Origin: Fistulifera solaris
Taxonomy: Eukaryota
Direction: 5' to 3'
Length of the DNA stretch: 64,000 nucleotides
NCBI GenBank assembly: GCA_030295235.1
Contig: AP026135.1
Coordinates: forward strand, 62,001 to 126,000
A program made the translations under genes and the position numbers. This document shows positions 1 to 11,048 of the stretch, piece after piece (position 1 is the first letter of the stretch; each line of letters starts with the position of its first letter). Under the pieces are notes generated by a model that was not told the origin of the DNA, did no database searches, and saw only the letters and a list, made by a program, of their open reading frames with translations.

Positions 1-85
1 AATCAAACAAAGCAAGAACAAGAAAAGCATACCTTTTCTTGCTTGTGTGAATTTAAACGCACTTAGTTTGAGAAGTAAAAACATC

Positions 86-1811
86 ATGAAGTCACATACA
101 CAGGCCCTTCTTCTTTCATCGGCAGCTTGGTGGACCCTCTCATCCTTCCTCGTCGTCGTACGTGCCGATGACACCAACAGCTCTGCCGCCGATGTCTATG
201 AGGTGTGTGATTTGGAAACATATTATGCCGATCTCTTGTCGCTCGGTACACCGGATACGTGGACGTTGGAACAAATTCGCGATCACTTGACGGAAACACA
301 TCGCAACATATTACCCTCGTTCCCAACGAACGAACAACCGGATGACATTGTCGCCGCCTTGATCGATTTGTGGCCCGCTTCGGCGCACGGAACCGGTACT
401 GACAACGAAATTCACTTGATTTATTCCAATACTGCCATTGCCAGTCGTCCGGCGTTGGGACTCGAGAACTGGAGGCCGGAACAATATTGGCCCTTGACGC
501 GAGGAGTGTCCGTAACCTCGGCGACGTATACCGATGTGCATCAGAATGCTCCGGCCGATTACAGTGTTCTGGATGATAAGGAAGCCTTGAATCGAAACTT
601 TGTTGTCTTTTACGGAGAATGCGGTACCGTCAAGGATGCCGAACTTTGTGTATCGCCCGCCAACGTCGAAGCGGCCGAAGATACTTCACAAGATGGAAAA
701 GTGTACACACCCGAGGCCAACATGCGCGGTGACATTGCGCGTGGATTGTTTTATGACAGTGCTCGCTACGTCTACTTGACCTTGACAGACTGTCCACCCT
801 TTGCGCAGGGGAGAATACGGATACCGTTCGGCTCTGTTGGAATGGCACGCCCAAGATCCCCCCGACGAAGTCGAACAAGCCCGCAACGACCGGGCCTGTC
901 GTCGTTGGCAGGGAAATCGTAACATTTTTGTCGATTATCCTCAACTTGTGCCGCGTTTGTTTGGAGAGCCCGATTTCATTCTGGACAACCAGCAAACGTA
1001 CAATGAGTGTGTCGATGCGACCGAAGCCCCGACCGCGACACCCAACGAATGCAGTGCCATTCAACCGGGCGATATTAGTGTATTTGGATTCAATTCGGTC
1101 GACCCGGACCAGATTCTGTTCTTTCCCATTTTCAACATTCCAGCTGGCGTCGGAAGTCTGTTTTTGACCACCAACGCGTGGGATGGAGAAGCACTGTTGC
1201 CGACCGGAAAGACCGTTGAGGTGAGTGTGCATAGTGCGTGTGCTTGTGCTGGAATTTTCAGAGTGACGCGTAATGCTCATGCTTGAATGTTTCTCCTTTT
1301 CTAGTACGTGATTCCGGACAGAGGTATTGAAGCTGGTCTTGTATTTGCTTACAATGCAGTCATTCTCAACTACACCACCAATGAACCACGAGAAGAATTC
1401 GTATGGAACGAATTGAATGACGAGCCGTTTGCCGTGGACAATTTGGGCGATCACTTTCATTTGTACTGTATCAATGCGGACAATGAACCCCATTTCATTT
1501 TCAGTCTCGGGTTCAATAGCGTCAAGGAGTGGAAAGCAGACGCCTTACCGGCGGCCGAATATGGAAAGTCGAGTGCGTTGCCCGCTCGTCTTAGTGAAGA
1601 AGGCAATGTTTTGTTGCCGGACTTTGCAAACTGGTTCTACAATGGAACCCAAAATGCCAGTGCTTCTGTATTGATTCCGGCCTTTTCCGATGCCGCCAAC
1701 TGGATCAGTAGTGATCGACCATTCGAGATCGATAGTGGGGCGTCGACTATTCTGTCGATGCTTGTTTCAGTCGCATGTGTGTTTGTGTCCGTAGCATACG
1801 CTTGGATGTAA
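86..1811 (+). CDS. Secreted, membrane/GPI-anchored endonuclease I (His-Me finger, Bsn/EndA-like) family protein, active site degenerate
   Basis: Signal peptide (MKSHTQALLLSSAAWW...); endonuclease I-like motifs TDVH, MRGDIARGLFY, LLEWHAQDPPDEVEQARN, WQGNRNIFVDYP. One-base frameshift at the G run ~807-811; GT-AG intron 1221-1304; hydrophobic C-terminus. Confidence 0.75.
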
Positions 1812-1968
1812 GGGAAAAAGAAAGAAGGGTAGTAAACTTGAGAAAAAGAATCTATTTCATACTGTCATTAGGTTTTGTATCTTTATTTTACATTATATTC
1901 AAAATAACGTCGCTCGATTGTTGCGTCAATCGAGATTTCAATCTAACTATATTCTCTAGTCGAGTGAT

Positions 1969-3663
1969 TTAAAACCGCTTGTGATTGTTATCTTCGCCAA
2001 CAAGAATGGTTCGTAACTCTTGCTCGGTTAGAGAGCAAAGCCCCTTCGAGCTATCACTCGCGTGAGACGCATTCAACGATCGATCCCCGGATGCAGTCGT
2101 CGTCGTCGTAGGAGGCAAAACAAAACGTCCATGAGCACGAATGGTCCTTCCCTTTGTTTTCAAAGGACGTTGCACGCACAAATGCAATTGCTCGCGTTGG
2201 ACATCCCATGGTGAAAAGATACCTTCCAAGCATCGGGTGGGGGAATAAACTCGAATTTGGTTGGTACTCGCGTCTTCTCGCTGCGGTGGATATATTTCAA
2301 TATTAACTCCCTCAACATGACTGTCATCCGGAACGAATCCGAACGAATGTTGCAATACCAAACACAAGAGTGGCTTACGGATAATCTCGGTTCGCGGAAC
2401 GAGTTGCGCTTTCCGGCACAATTGGATCCAACCATCGATAAATTGTTTGGATAAGCCGTGTTGACGATATTGGGGATCCAAATACACACCCATCAGTGAT
2501 GACGTTGTCGTTGAAATATCCTTGCTTTCGGCCGTTGTCAACAACATATAACCTATTTTTTGACGCGGATGGGACGTGCTCCAAAGAATGAGACGTAGAT
2601 CTTTGTAGGATTGTCGATTGGGTTGTGCCGTGAGGGTAAAAAAGCCGTTGGTAGCCACGACAAAGTGTTTCATGGATGTAACATTGCCGTCATTCCATCG
2701 TTGTAGAATATGGTCGGGCCATGGCGTTCGTTTCCGTGATTGCTTTTCCAATAATTGCGAAGAATGCAAATTGTCACAGACTTTTGTACTTGCGGATTCA
2801 TCACTATAACAAGCGACGCACAACTGTCGCAATCGCTCTAGCGATTCGTCATTGGAATGACCTCTCGCCACAATTTCAAACGATTGTCGATTGTAACGTT
2901 GTGTGCGAATCATGTTAATTTCCAAGAATTCCATGGCACGATCGGGTGTCAATTTTCCCAACAACAAATTGTACGATAAGGTCGTCCACGGCGTCGTGGT
3001 ATGCGTTTGTTCGTACAACAGTAGAGCATCGTGGCCCGTCGGTGCGGCGGCCAAAGCCGAATTGAGTAACGCCACATTCGTGGTGAACCTGTTCGAATGG
3101 TGATCGGAGAGCGATAACAGTTGTACTATTTGATTCCAAAGTGTTGCTGTTGCGAAGTGTCTGGTATCTCCGGCTTGAGGAGAATGGGAAGCCTGCTCCT
3201 TTGCTTGTTGCAATTGTTGACTGTAATTTTGTAATACAACATGACGAGCCGCGAGTGATTCCGGACACAGGGTCTGCCATACAGAATACGCCCAATCTGC
3301 ATACGATTCGCTATTCGTTAAAGTCGAACGGTGATTCCGATTCGAGTAATGTCGATAACACAGTTTCAAAACGGCCAGCGTTGGTGCTTCCCAAGAAGAA
3401 GATGGGTCGATCAACGAAGATTGTTGCCGGAGTTGTAATAGCTCCTTATACGCGTCTTTGGGCGATGTATGATGTGAATAAGACGACCATTGTCGCGTCA
3501 ATAATAGTATTTTGTGCTGCAGTTGCTTCTGCTGCAATGATTCTACAGTTTGTTTTTGCTGTGATGGCCTTGGTTGTGGATGTGGCTGAACGGAAAGTGA
3601 ATAAGCAAAAGCAATTCCTACAAAGCAACACAAAGCGGCACGACGTAGTCGCGCCAAGTGCAT
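1969..3663 (-). CDS. PPR-like helical repeat + GNAT-like domain protein, probable signal/plastid presequence
   Basis: 564-aa ORF; hydrophobic N-terminus; PPR-like segments (VALLNSALAA, TLSYNLLLGKL); GNAT motif A-like LMGVYLDPQYRQHGL. Confidence 0.65.
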   Translation of the reverse strand: MHLARLRRAALCCFVGIAFAYSLSVQPHPQPRPSQQKQTVESLQQKQLQHKILLLTRQWSSYSHHTSPKDAYKELLQLRQQSSLIDPSSSWEAPTLAVLKLCYRHYSNRNHRSTLTNSESYADWAYSVWQTLCPESLAARHVVLQNYSQQLQQAKEQASHSPQAGDTRHFATATLWNQIVQLLSLSDHHSNRFTTNVALLNSALAAAPTGHDALLLYEQTHTTTPWTTLSYNLLLGKLTPDRAMEFLEINMIRTQRYNRQSFEIVARGHSNDESLERLRQLCVACYSDESASTKVCDNLHSSQLLEKQSRKRTPWPDHILQRWNDGNVTSMKHFVVATNGFFTLTAQPNRQSYKDLRLILWSTSHPRQKIGYMLLTTAESKDISTTTSSLMGVYLDPQYRQHGLSKQFIDGWIQLCRKAQLVPRTEIIRKPLLCLVLQHSFGFVPDDSHVEGVNIEIYPPQREDASTNQIRVYSPTRCLEGIFSPWDVQREQLHLCVQRPLKTKGRTIRAHGRFVLPPTTTTTASGDRSLNASHASDSSKGLCSLTEQELRTILVGEDNNHKRF

Positions 3664-4386
3664 CTGTCTTCACTTTTACAAAGAATCAAACAGGTAGTTG
3701 TTGATTTAATGATGATAATAGGCACAATAGGAAGACGAGGAGGCGATTCAATGCGTTTTACCTGATACTGCAACGATGCACGTGTGTTTTCGCGAAAATC
3801 AATGCGAGAGCAGTGCCGCTCGGCCATCAGTATAAGTCTTACTGTAGTCTGGTGTCTAGAGTGTGCTTATTCAGTCATGATCAAAATTCAGCCATGAATT
3901 GTTATTGAGGTCGTTCCTAATTGAGCTCTCTAGTAGTAGACTAGTCTATATATTGAAAGGGACATTTCGAGTCTATAACCGAAATGTTCGCGTTTCGTCT
4001 TTTCGTATTTCGCGCGGTCGCACACTTTGCCATATTGCTCAAACGGGACGAAGGAAGCGAAATACGAAGACGATACGAAACGCGAATGTTCCGGTTACGG
4101 TTAGAAACGACCCTAAGCTCAACTGTCTCGACATTCACTTTCATCAACGTTGCTTACCGTAAACTGTTAGACTGTTATATAGTACAGAAACCCAACCCAA
4201 AACGTGGAGCATACGCCATGTTGCAACGCTTCGAATGTCTACACGATTATTATTTTACGTAGCTCTCGTAGGGAAATTAATCGACAGAGGGGTACGGTAC
4301 CGGTACCCGGATACTGCACTGTTTGCAACTTGCAACCATCATGCGATTATTATTTTTTGGCGACACGATGATGAGGATGAAGTGAT

Positions 4387-5432
4387 ATGATTGATAAAAA
4401 ACACAGGAACTTCACGGTTCATATTTATTCTTTGTTGAAATATATAAAAACTTTATCATTGCTTATTGGGATGATAGCTTCGATGACTCAATCATCAACC
4501 GATCAAGGACAAAGTATCAACAAAGAAAGCGACTCGTCCTCCTTTTCACAAGTTGTTGTCGAAGAGTCATCTCCGTTGAAAGACAAAGAAGATCCAACAA
4601 CGAACAAAACTCGTCACAACGAGAATGAAATAATCAGCAAAACACCAACGCCCCCGCGATTTCCCCGGTGGACCGAATTGATGAAGAAACGTCACGCGAG
4701 CAAAGAAAAGAATTTGTTTCATTTGGGAGACACCGAACACTGGCACATTTCGGTACAACCCAATCGCAATTCTTCGCATTCCTTACGTATGATCATTCAC
4801 GACAAGCAAACGCAACACAAACTGGCCTTTGCCTTGTTAACGACGAATCGCAATCGATCCTCTTTAATGGGATTGTACATTGATCCGAAACACCGAGCAC
4901 AAGGATTGACACGTCGTATTTTGAGTCTTTGGTTGCAGTGGTGTATCTACGCCGATCCAACAATGCATCCGCAAACAGAAGTGATTCGCAAACCGCTATT
5001 GTGTTGTGTGTTGGAGCATGCGTTGGGCTTTGTCGTGTCCTCGTCTTCGTCCAGTTTACCAGTTTTTCTCGTACAGTCCAATAAGGACGACCAACGCATT
5101 CATTTACATTCGATACCACCACAATGTTTGCGCGGTGCCTTCTCGGCACGGGATATTCAACGAGAGGGATTGACAGTGCAATGCAGTGTGTGTCTTCGGC
5201 GGAATGAAGAGCAACAGCGAAAAGAAGGTCCAGAAAAGAAGAACAGCCAGAGCAAAAGGAACTTGTCGATCAATTAGACGAACGCAAAGTACAGCAACCT
5301 AGGCGACGACGAATCCATCTGAATGCACGCTACGAAAGGCGCGAACCATGGAAAACATTACCCGATGATCCTATTTTACAAACAGCCTTACGGCCGGATC
5401 AATTGCGCCTGATTTTACTGGGAAAGTTATAG
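4387..5432 (+). CDS. GNAT-like domain protein, paralog of the C-terminal half of 1969..3663
   Basis: SSLMGLYIDPKHRAQGL and EVIRKPLLCCVLEHALGF align with the neighbour. Restoring one A near 5234-5238 extends the frame to ...DQLRLILLGKL* (stop 5430-5432), matching the paralog's EQELRTILVG. Confidence 0.65.
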
Positions 5433-5541
5433 TTGTTACGGAGTAGTATTACTTTTTATTATTTACAAATTGAATATTTGCGCTCCATCATCAACTATAG
5501 CTCCATCATCAACTATATTACTTCTCGCAAAGTATATGGGT

Positions 5542-5972
5542 TCATGATAAGTCAGATCGAGCCATTTCAATGCGCACCAACAAATGGCCTGGAATCATTG
5601 CTTGTGGCAGCGAGCGACTGACTATTTGCGTTTCTTCGGGTTGTTCTGGGTTATCGTTGTAGTCTGAACTTTTGATGATACGTCGCTCGGTGCAATCCAT
5701 TAAAATTAAATTGTTTCTTTTAAAGACAATGAAAACAAGTGCAACGTGAATAAAGCAATCCTTCGTCAATATATATGCATCAATGAATACACTTTTCACA
5801 CGTACAATCGATCAATGCAAGTCAGAATGCCGTACGCTTGTCGACCATCTTTCATCGTACACAAAAGATATTTGCCGAGACCGTGATGTTGGACCCACGC
5901 CAGCGCATCTTCTTCTTTTGTTTCAGCGAATGAAGCTTGTTGCTGAGTTAGTTGCTCTGGGGAAGTGCTCAT
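5542..5972 (-). CDS. NAA38: LSm-domain protein, NatC auxiliary subunit NAA38/Mak31-like (copy 1)
   Basis: Exon 1 LLCTMKDGRQAYGILTCIDR; GT-AG intron 5805-5717; exon 2 NNLIL...SLPQAMIPGHLLVRIE, matching the NAA38 Sm2 motif (AMVPGHHIVSIE). Confidence 0.75.
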
Positions 5973-6362
5973 GATAATTGATTTGCAGTCTAGTTCAATT
6001 AAAGCGTTCATGATTCATGAAGAAGTGCGATGACATATTCGATGCAATTATTCACAAATAGACACGCCGAGAGCAAAAGGAACTTGTCGATCAATTAGAC
6101 GAACGCAAAGTACAGCAACCTAGGCGACGACGAATCCATCTGAATGCACGCTACGAAAGGCGCGAACCATGGAAAACATTACCCGATGATCCTATTTTAC
6201 AAACAGCCTTACGGCCGGATCAATTGCGCCTGATTTTACTGGGAAAGTTATAGTTGTTACGGAGTAGTATTACTTTTTATTATTTACAAATTGAATATTT
6301 GCGCTCCATCATCAACTATAGCTCCATCATCAACTATATTACTTCTCGCAAAGTATATGGGT

Positions 6363-6793
6363 TCATGATAAGTCAGATCGAGCCATTTCAATGCGCACCA
6401 ACAAATGGCCTGGAATCATTGCTTGTGGCAGCGAGCGACTGACTATTTGCGTTTCTTCGGGTTGTTCTGGGTTATCGTTGTAGTCTGAACTTTTGATGAT
6501 ACGTCGCTCGGTGCAATCCATTAAAATTAAATTGTTTCTTTTAAAGACAATGAAAACAAGTGCAACGTGAATAAAGCAATCCTTCGTCAATATATATGCA
6601 TCAATGAATACACTTTTCACACGTACAATCGATCAATGCAAGTCAGAATGCCGTACGCTTGTCGACCATCTTTCATCGTACACAAAAGATATTTGCCGAG
6701 ACCGTGATGTTGGACCCACGCCAGCGCATCTTCTTCTTTTGTTTCAGCGAATGAAGCTTGTTGCTGAGTTAGCTGCTCTGGGGAAGTGCTCAT
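6363..6793 (-). CDS. NAA38: LSm-domain protein, NAA38/Mak31-like (copy 2)
   Basis: Identical protein to copy 1, inside the 821-bp duplication. Confidence 0.75.
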
Positions 6794-6956
6794 GATAATT
6801 GATTTGCAGTCTAGTTCAATTAAAGCGTTCATGATTCATGAAGAAGTGCGATGACATATTCGATGCAATTATTCACAAATAGACACGCCGAAATAGCTGT
6901 GGATGGTGGCTTATTCACGTAGACCGAAAATCTGTGAAAAAAAATAAAACGGAGTG

Positions 6957-7014
6957 CCGGTACCGGTACCGGTACCAGGTACCCGGTACCAGGTACCCGG
7001 TACCAGGTACGGTA
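6957..7014. repeat. GGTACC-rich short tandem repeat upstream of NAA38 copy 2
   Basis: ccggtaccggtaccggtaccaggtacccggtaccaggtacccggtaccaggtacggta. Confidence 0.85.
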
Positions 7015-8452
7015 TTCCTTACCATTCGGGTGTCTCGTGAAGGTGGAAGGTGGACACATTTGAAACGTCCTACGTCGGTTTTAATTATGATATTTTCAAA
7101 CCACAGCGACACACTATCCAAAAGGTCACCTGCTTCGACCAATTTTCTTGCTCCAGCCAATCCGATTGCTGGTTCCAATGCATTTGCACTTTTACAACGA
7201 CTGTAAGCCATCCATACTGGCAGGTTTAAGAAAGCAAAACGGGTCACTTTTCGGATAAATATTTGCCATAACGAGGTATCAGAATTTCCTCACCATCTGG
7301 CGTTAATTATTGTTGTTTCCCCCACGGCATGACTTACTGACTAGCAACAAAGAACTCACAGAAAAGGAGTTCAAAATAACTTTTATCAAGGCGTGTTTCC
7401 TCGATTTAATGTCACTCATTTCCTCGTCAAAATCATTTTTGGGCGTCCCAACAATCGGGAACAAAAAAATCTGCTAAAACGAACGTTTTGTAGGCAGCGT
7501 GGTCGCTCCCAAAAATATCCATTCATGACTGAAGTGCAGTCGTGGCGAAAAAGCGTCAACACTATTGTTTATAGTAAATACGCAGACAACTATTGTCTAT
7601 GGTAAATACGCAGACAACGTTTCGTAAGCCTTATAATCTATGGACTAGCGACTCATAGTTTACATGAACGGAGTTCAAGATAGCTATTATTGGTTTTTTC
7701 CAATTTGTCTCACAGTTTTCCTCGTCAATATAGTTCTTGGTCGGAAGTGCCGTAATGATCAGGAACATCTCTGAGAGCTCAGTAAATTAATTGAAAGATG
7801 TCGTTGATGTGCTTAGTTAACAAGTAGATACTTTACGAAAGAGAATTCACAGATATCCAGCGTCAAATGTCGCTCATCCTTTCCCTTCTAACGACAACAC
7901 GGAAAAGAGAAACACGTCGAAATAAGCAACGAAATGATGCCCAATCGCATCTATTTTCCCCTAATTGGATTAATTCTACAGTTTTTATTGCAGATATCGA
8001 TCGCCTTGAGCCAAAATATGATTTACGACACAACAAAAATAATTTCGAATAAAAGTCGCCTATCGCCAGACTTCTGTCAATTGTTCATTCGAGATTTAGC
8101 ACAGCGGAAGCATCAGTCAGATTGTCTGAGTACCAGAACTTCTTGTAATAGAGCGAAATAGTTTTCTGACATGAAACTGCGTTAAAATTCTGCCTTGTCG
8201 TGGATGCTACGTAGAATCTTGTACAAGAGGTAGAATTTTAACGTCCTTTCCCATGAGTATCCTCGATGCAACCCACTCAAATATTCCCTATGAAAAATTA
8301 CCACAACCAGAATTTTGCCCATGTGCATTCGTACGCATCAAGAGACGAGAGAGGACTCGACATTCCTCTTCTATTATTGTTTGTGAATCGATGCTTTAAA
8401 ACATTGCAACTCTGCTGTGGAGAGCGCCGTGAAGAGCAGCAGCTTCATACGT

Positions 8453-9679
8453 ATGTTCTTTCGGAGCATTCATGTTTATTTGCTGGTGTGCTTTTACGTT
8501 GCCTTCAGCATTGTCACAAACAACATCACTGAAGGTTTTTCGTTTGTAAACACCGTCACCGATTGGCTTTCGCACCAGCAAGTGGCTTATCAACGTATAA
8601 ATGAGTCAAATGAGCTAGGACTTTTGCTCCGAAATAACAATTTGCCGAATGCAACTCATCTTTTATGGATTCATGCGAATTGGAACAACACGAAACAACT
8701 CATATTGCACTTGATTCCTTCGGAAACATCACTCGACAGTACCGTCAAATACGAAATGACAAATCAAGCTTGTCAATCACCAATTATATCATTGATTCAT
8801 CTGCATCAAGATCAATGGGAACGACAAACGAATTTAGTGCAGGCCCGTTTGTGGAATGCCATTGTCCAGACATCGCATCAATACTGTCACGAACGACGTA
8901 TCTACGCACGCCAGTGTCGCGTCGAACGCATATCTTCCCCCCAAGCACAAGCATTTTTACAACAGCATCACATGTGGTCCAGTGTGGCCGCCCGATATTC
9001 GTACGGTTTGTTGTTGAACGAAACGCTCGTCGCGGTAGCTACCTTTTCGTCGCGACGTCGCATTCAGCGAGGATTGAAAATTTATCGTTCTCACGAATTG
9101 TTACGATTCTGTACCCAATCCAATGTCACGGTCCTCGGTGGATGTTCGAAATTGGTCAAAGCCTTTGAACGCGATGTGGAACCGGACGATATTGTGACTG
9201 TGCTGGATCGGGATTGGACGAGTACACGGCATGACAATTGGAAGGGATTTTACTCCGTTCATACACGAGCCCCCTTGCCACTAGCGGTACGGGAAGGACA
9301 GCGGTATCATCTCATTGGTGCCAGCTACCAGATTCCTACGAACAGTAGCAAAGCTGGTTCGCAGCGACAATTTGTACCGTGGTCGGTTTATCAAGAATTA
9401 AACGAATGTCAAGATGCACCATCGGCTCAATCCTATTTGGAATCACACGGATATCATCTCTTGTACGATGCCGGTGTTGAACGATTGTTAAAGATTGTTT
9501 CAGAAGACCCAATCACCGATATCGCCGTCACTGAACTCTACAATAGTTCAATTCCGCAATACCCCCCTTCGTATTACAGTCCCAATGCGGGCATCTCCGC
9601 CTTATTGCGTCAAGCTGAAGAACAGTGTAAAGTGAACAACAATGATGAAAAAGTAGAGGAAGCTCAGCCAAGCGGATAG
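8453..9679 (+). CDS. Bacterial/phage-like protein with a Mom-type GNAT-like domain (the domain also found C-terminal in Hef-like endonucleases); N-terminal signal peptide
   Basis: Intronless ORF; motifs IHLHQDQW, RIYARQC, AFLQQHH, YSYGL...LVAVATFS, HELLRFC, VLGGCSKLVKAF, PDDIVTVLDRDW recalled from bacterial/phage proteins. Confidence 0.55.
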   Translation: MFFRSIHVYLLVCFYVAFSIVTNNITEGFSFVNTVTDWLSHQQVAYQRINESNELGLLLRNNNLPNATHLLWIHANWNNTKQLILHLIPSETSLDSTVKYEMTNQACQSPIISLIHLHQDQWERQTNLVQARLWNAIVQTSHQYCHERRIYARQCRVERISSPQAQAFLQQHHMWSSVAARYSYGLLLNETLVAVATFSSRRRIQRGLKIYRSHELLRFCTQSNVTVLGGCSKLVKAFERDVEPDDIVTVLDRDWTSTRHDNWKGFYSVHTRAPLPLAVREGQRYHLIGASYQIPTNSSKAGSQRQFVPWSVYQELNECQDAPSAQSYLESHGYHLLYDAGVERLLKIVSEDPITDIAVTELYNSSIPQYPPSYYSPNAGISALLRQAEEQCKVNNNDEKVEEAQPSG

Positions 9680-10017
9680 AAAAGAGAAAGTGCAATTTAT
9701 TTGAAAAAGTGAGTATGTAGCTGTCTCTTCACGGTGATAGCTATATAGAAAACGTGTAATAATACATTTCTTACGCGCGGTCGAAACCGGTTTCATATCA
9801 TACTTCTTCATGAAGTAGTCTTGTGTGAAAGTGTCCATAATAAATCCGTTCGACTCCCTCCTCGCTGCTTCATATAAGTTCTTTTTTTCTTTGTCATTGC
9901 ACGCAATGATGATAATCAGATATTTGTAATACCCTCATACATGCGGTTTCTTTTGTTTTCCTTTATCAATTACAATCAACAAACTATCATACAACGAAAG
10001 TAACACCGTCGTAAACA

Positions 10018-10965
10018 ATGAAACTGAACAATCAGCTCGGAATCACTTGCCTTATGGTCATTGCCATTGTCGTGTTCACGCTCAACAACAATCGCAACAA
10101 TACTTACCTTCGCTCTCCCGAAACAATCGTTCCAGTTGCTACAGCAACAGTCGACATTTCACGCCCTCTTCCGATCACTTCGGTACAAACGTGTCCCAGA
10201 AAATCGCTCCCACAAATCCGCCAACTCAAAATCAACAAGAGCCAATCGGGCGAAGATTTTGTTCTATTGCGATGGTTCAATGGGTTGTGTCAGGGAACCT
10301 TTATTGAACTGGGAGCACTCGACGGCATCAAATTCAGCAATTCGTACTTGTTTGAGTTCGCGCTGCAATGGCAAGGATTGCTGGTGGAGATTACGCCACC
10401 CAGTTTTGCCGCCTTGCAAAAAAATCGTCCCAACAATGTGCTCGTGCACGCGGGTGTGTGTGAACAGCGTCAAACCATTCATTATTACAACAGTACCGCC
10501 AATAAAACGGCCGTGCCGGGGATTGTCGAATTTGCTTCACCGCAATTTCGACAACGTTGGTGGCCGGATTTGAAAGCGGATTGGAGTAATAGTGTGGAAA
10601 TGGAATGCATTCCCCTACAAGAAATTATCGAAGAACATTACGTGCCAGCCATCAAGCGCAAGCAGCACATTCACAATAGCACAAGTCGAGTTGCGACCAC
10701 CACAACAAACGAAGCCGTTCATTTTGATTTCTTGAGCTTGGATGTTGAAGGAGCCGAAGATCAGGTACTAAGAAGTATCGATTTCGACAAAGTGTCCTTC
10801 GGCATTGTATTGTTGGAAGCCGATGATTACAATGAACTCAAGAATTTAGCCGTTCGTGTCTTTTTGGAATCCAAAGGTTACCTATTTTTGAAAAGTGAAC
10901 AACGAAGTTACTGGTTTGTTCACAAGCAATTCGATCAAATCTATCGCCATGTGTTGCATCAATGA
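10018..10965 (+). CDS. FkbM-family (Methyltransf_21) SAM-dependent methyltransferase, N-terminal membrane anchor
   Basis: SQSGED, GTFIELGALDGIKFSNS, WQGLLVE, FDFLSLDVEGAE motifs. Confidence 0.9.
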   Translation: MKLNNQLGITCLMVIAIVVFTLNNNRNNTYLRSPETIVPVATATVDISRPLPITSVQTCPRKSLPQIRQLKINKSQSGEDFVLLRWFNGLCQGTFIELGALDGIKFSNSYLFEFALQWQGLLVEITPPSFAALQKNRPNNVLVHAGVCEQRQTIHYYNSTANKTAVPGIVEFASPQFRQRWWPDLKADWSNSVEMECIPLQEIIEEHYVPAIKRKQHIHNSTSRVATTTTNEAVHFDFLSLDVEGAEDQVLRSIDFDKVSFGIVLLEADDYNELKNLAVRVFLESKGYLFLKSEQRSYWFVHKQFDQIYRHVLHQ

Positions 10966-11048
10966 AAGGCACCTAGTAGCAAGCTAGATTTTGAGTATTG
11001 TTTTTGCTTGTAATGAAAGACGAGTTATCAACGGTTATATGAAACTTT

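Larger units (their letters stand above)
5249..6891. repeat. 821-bp near-identical tandem duplication (5249-6069 / 6070-6890)
   Basis: Direct comparison; ORFs recur at +821; only one difference noticed (5952 T vs 6773 C). Confidence 0.95.
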
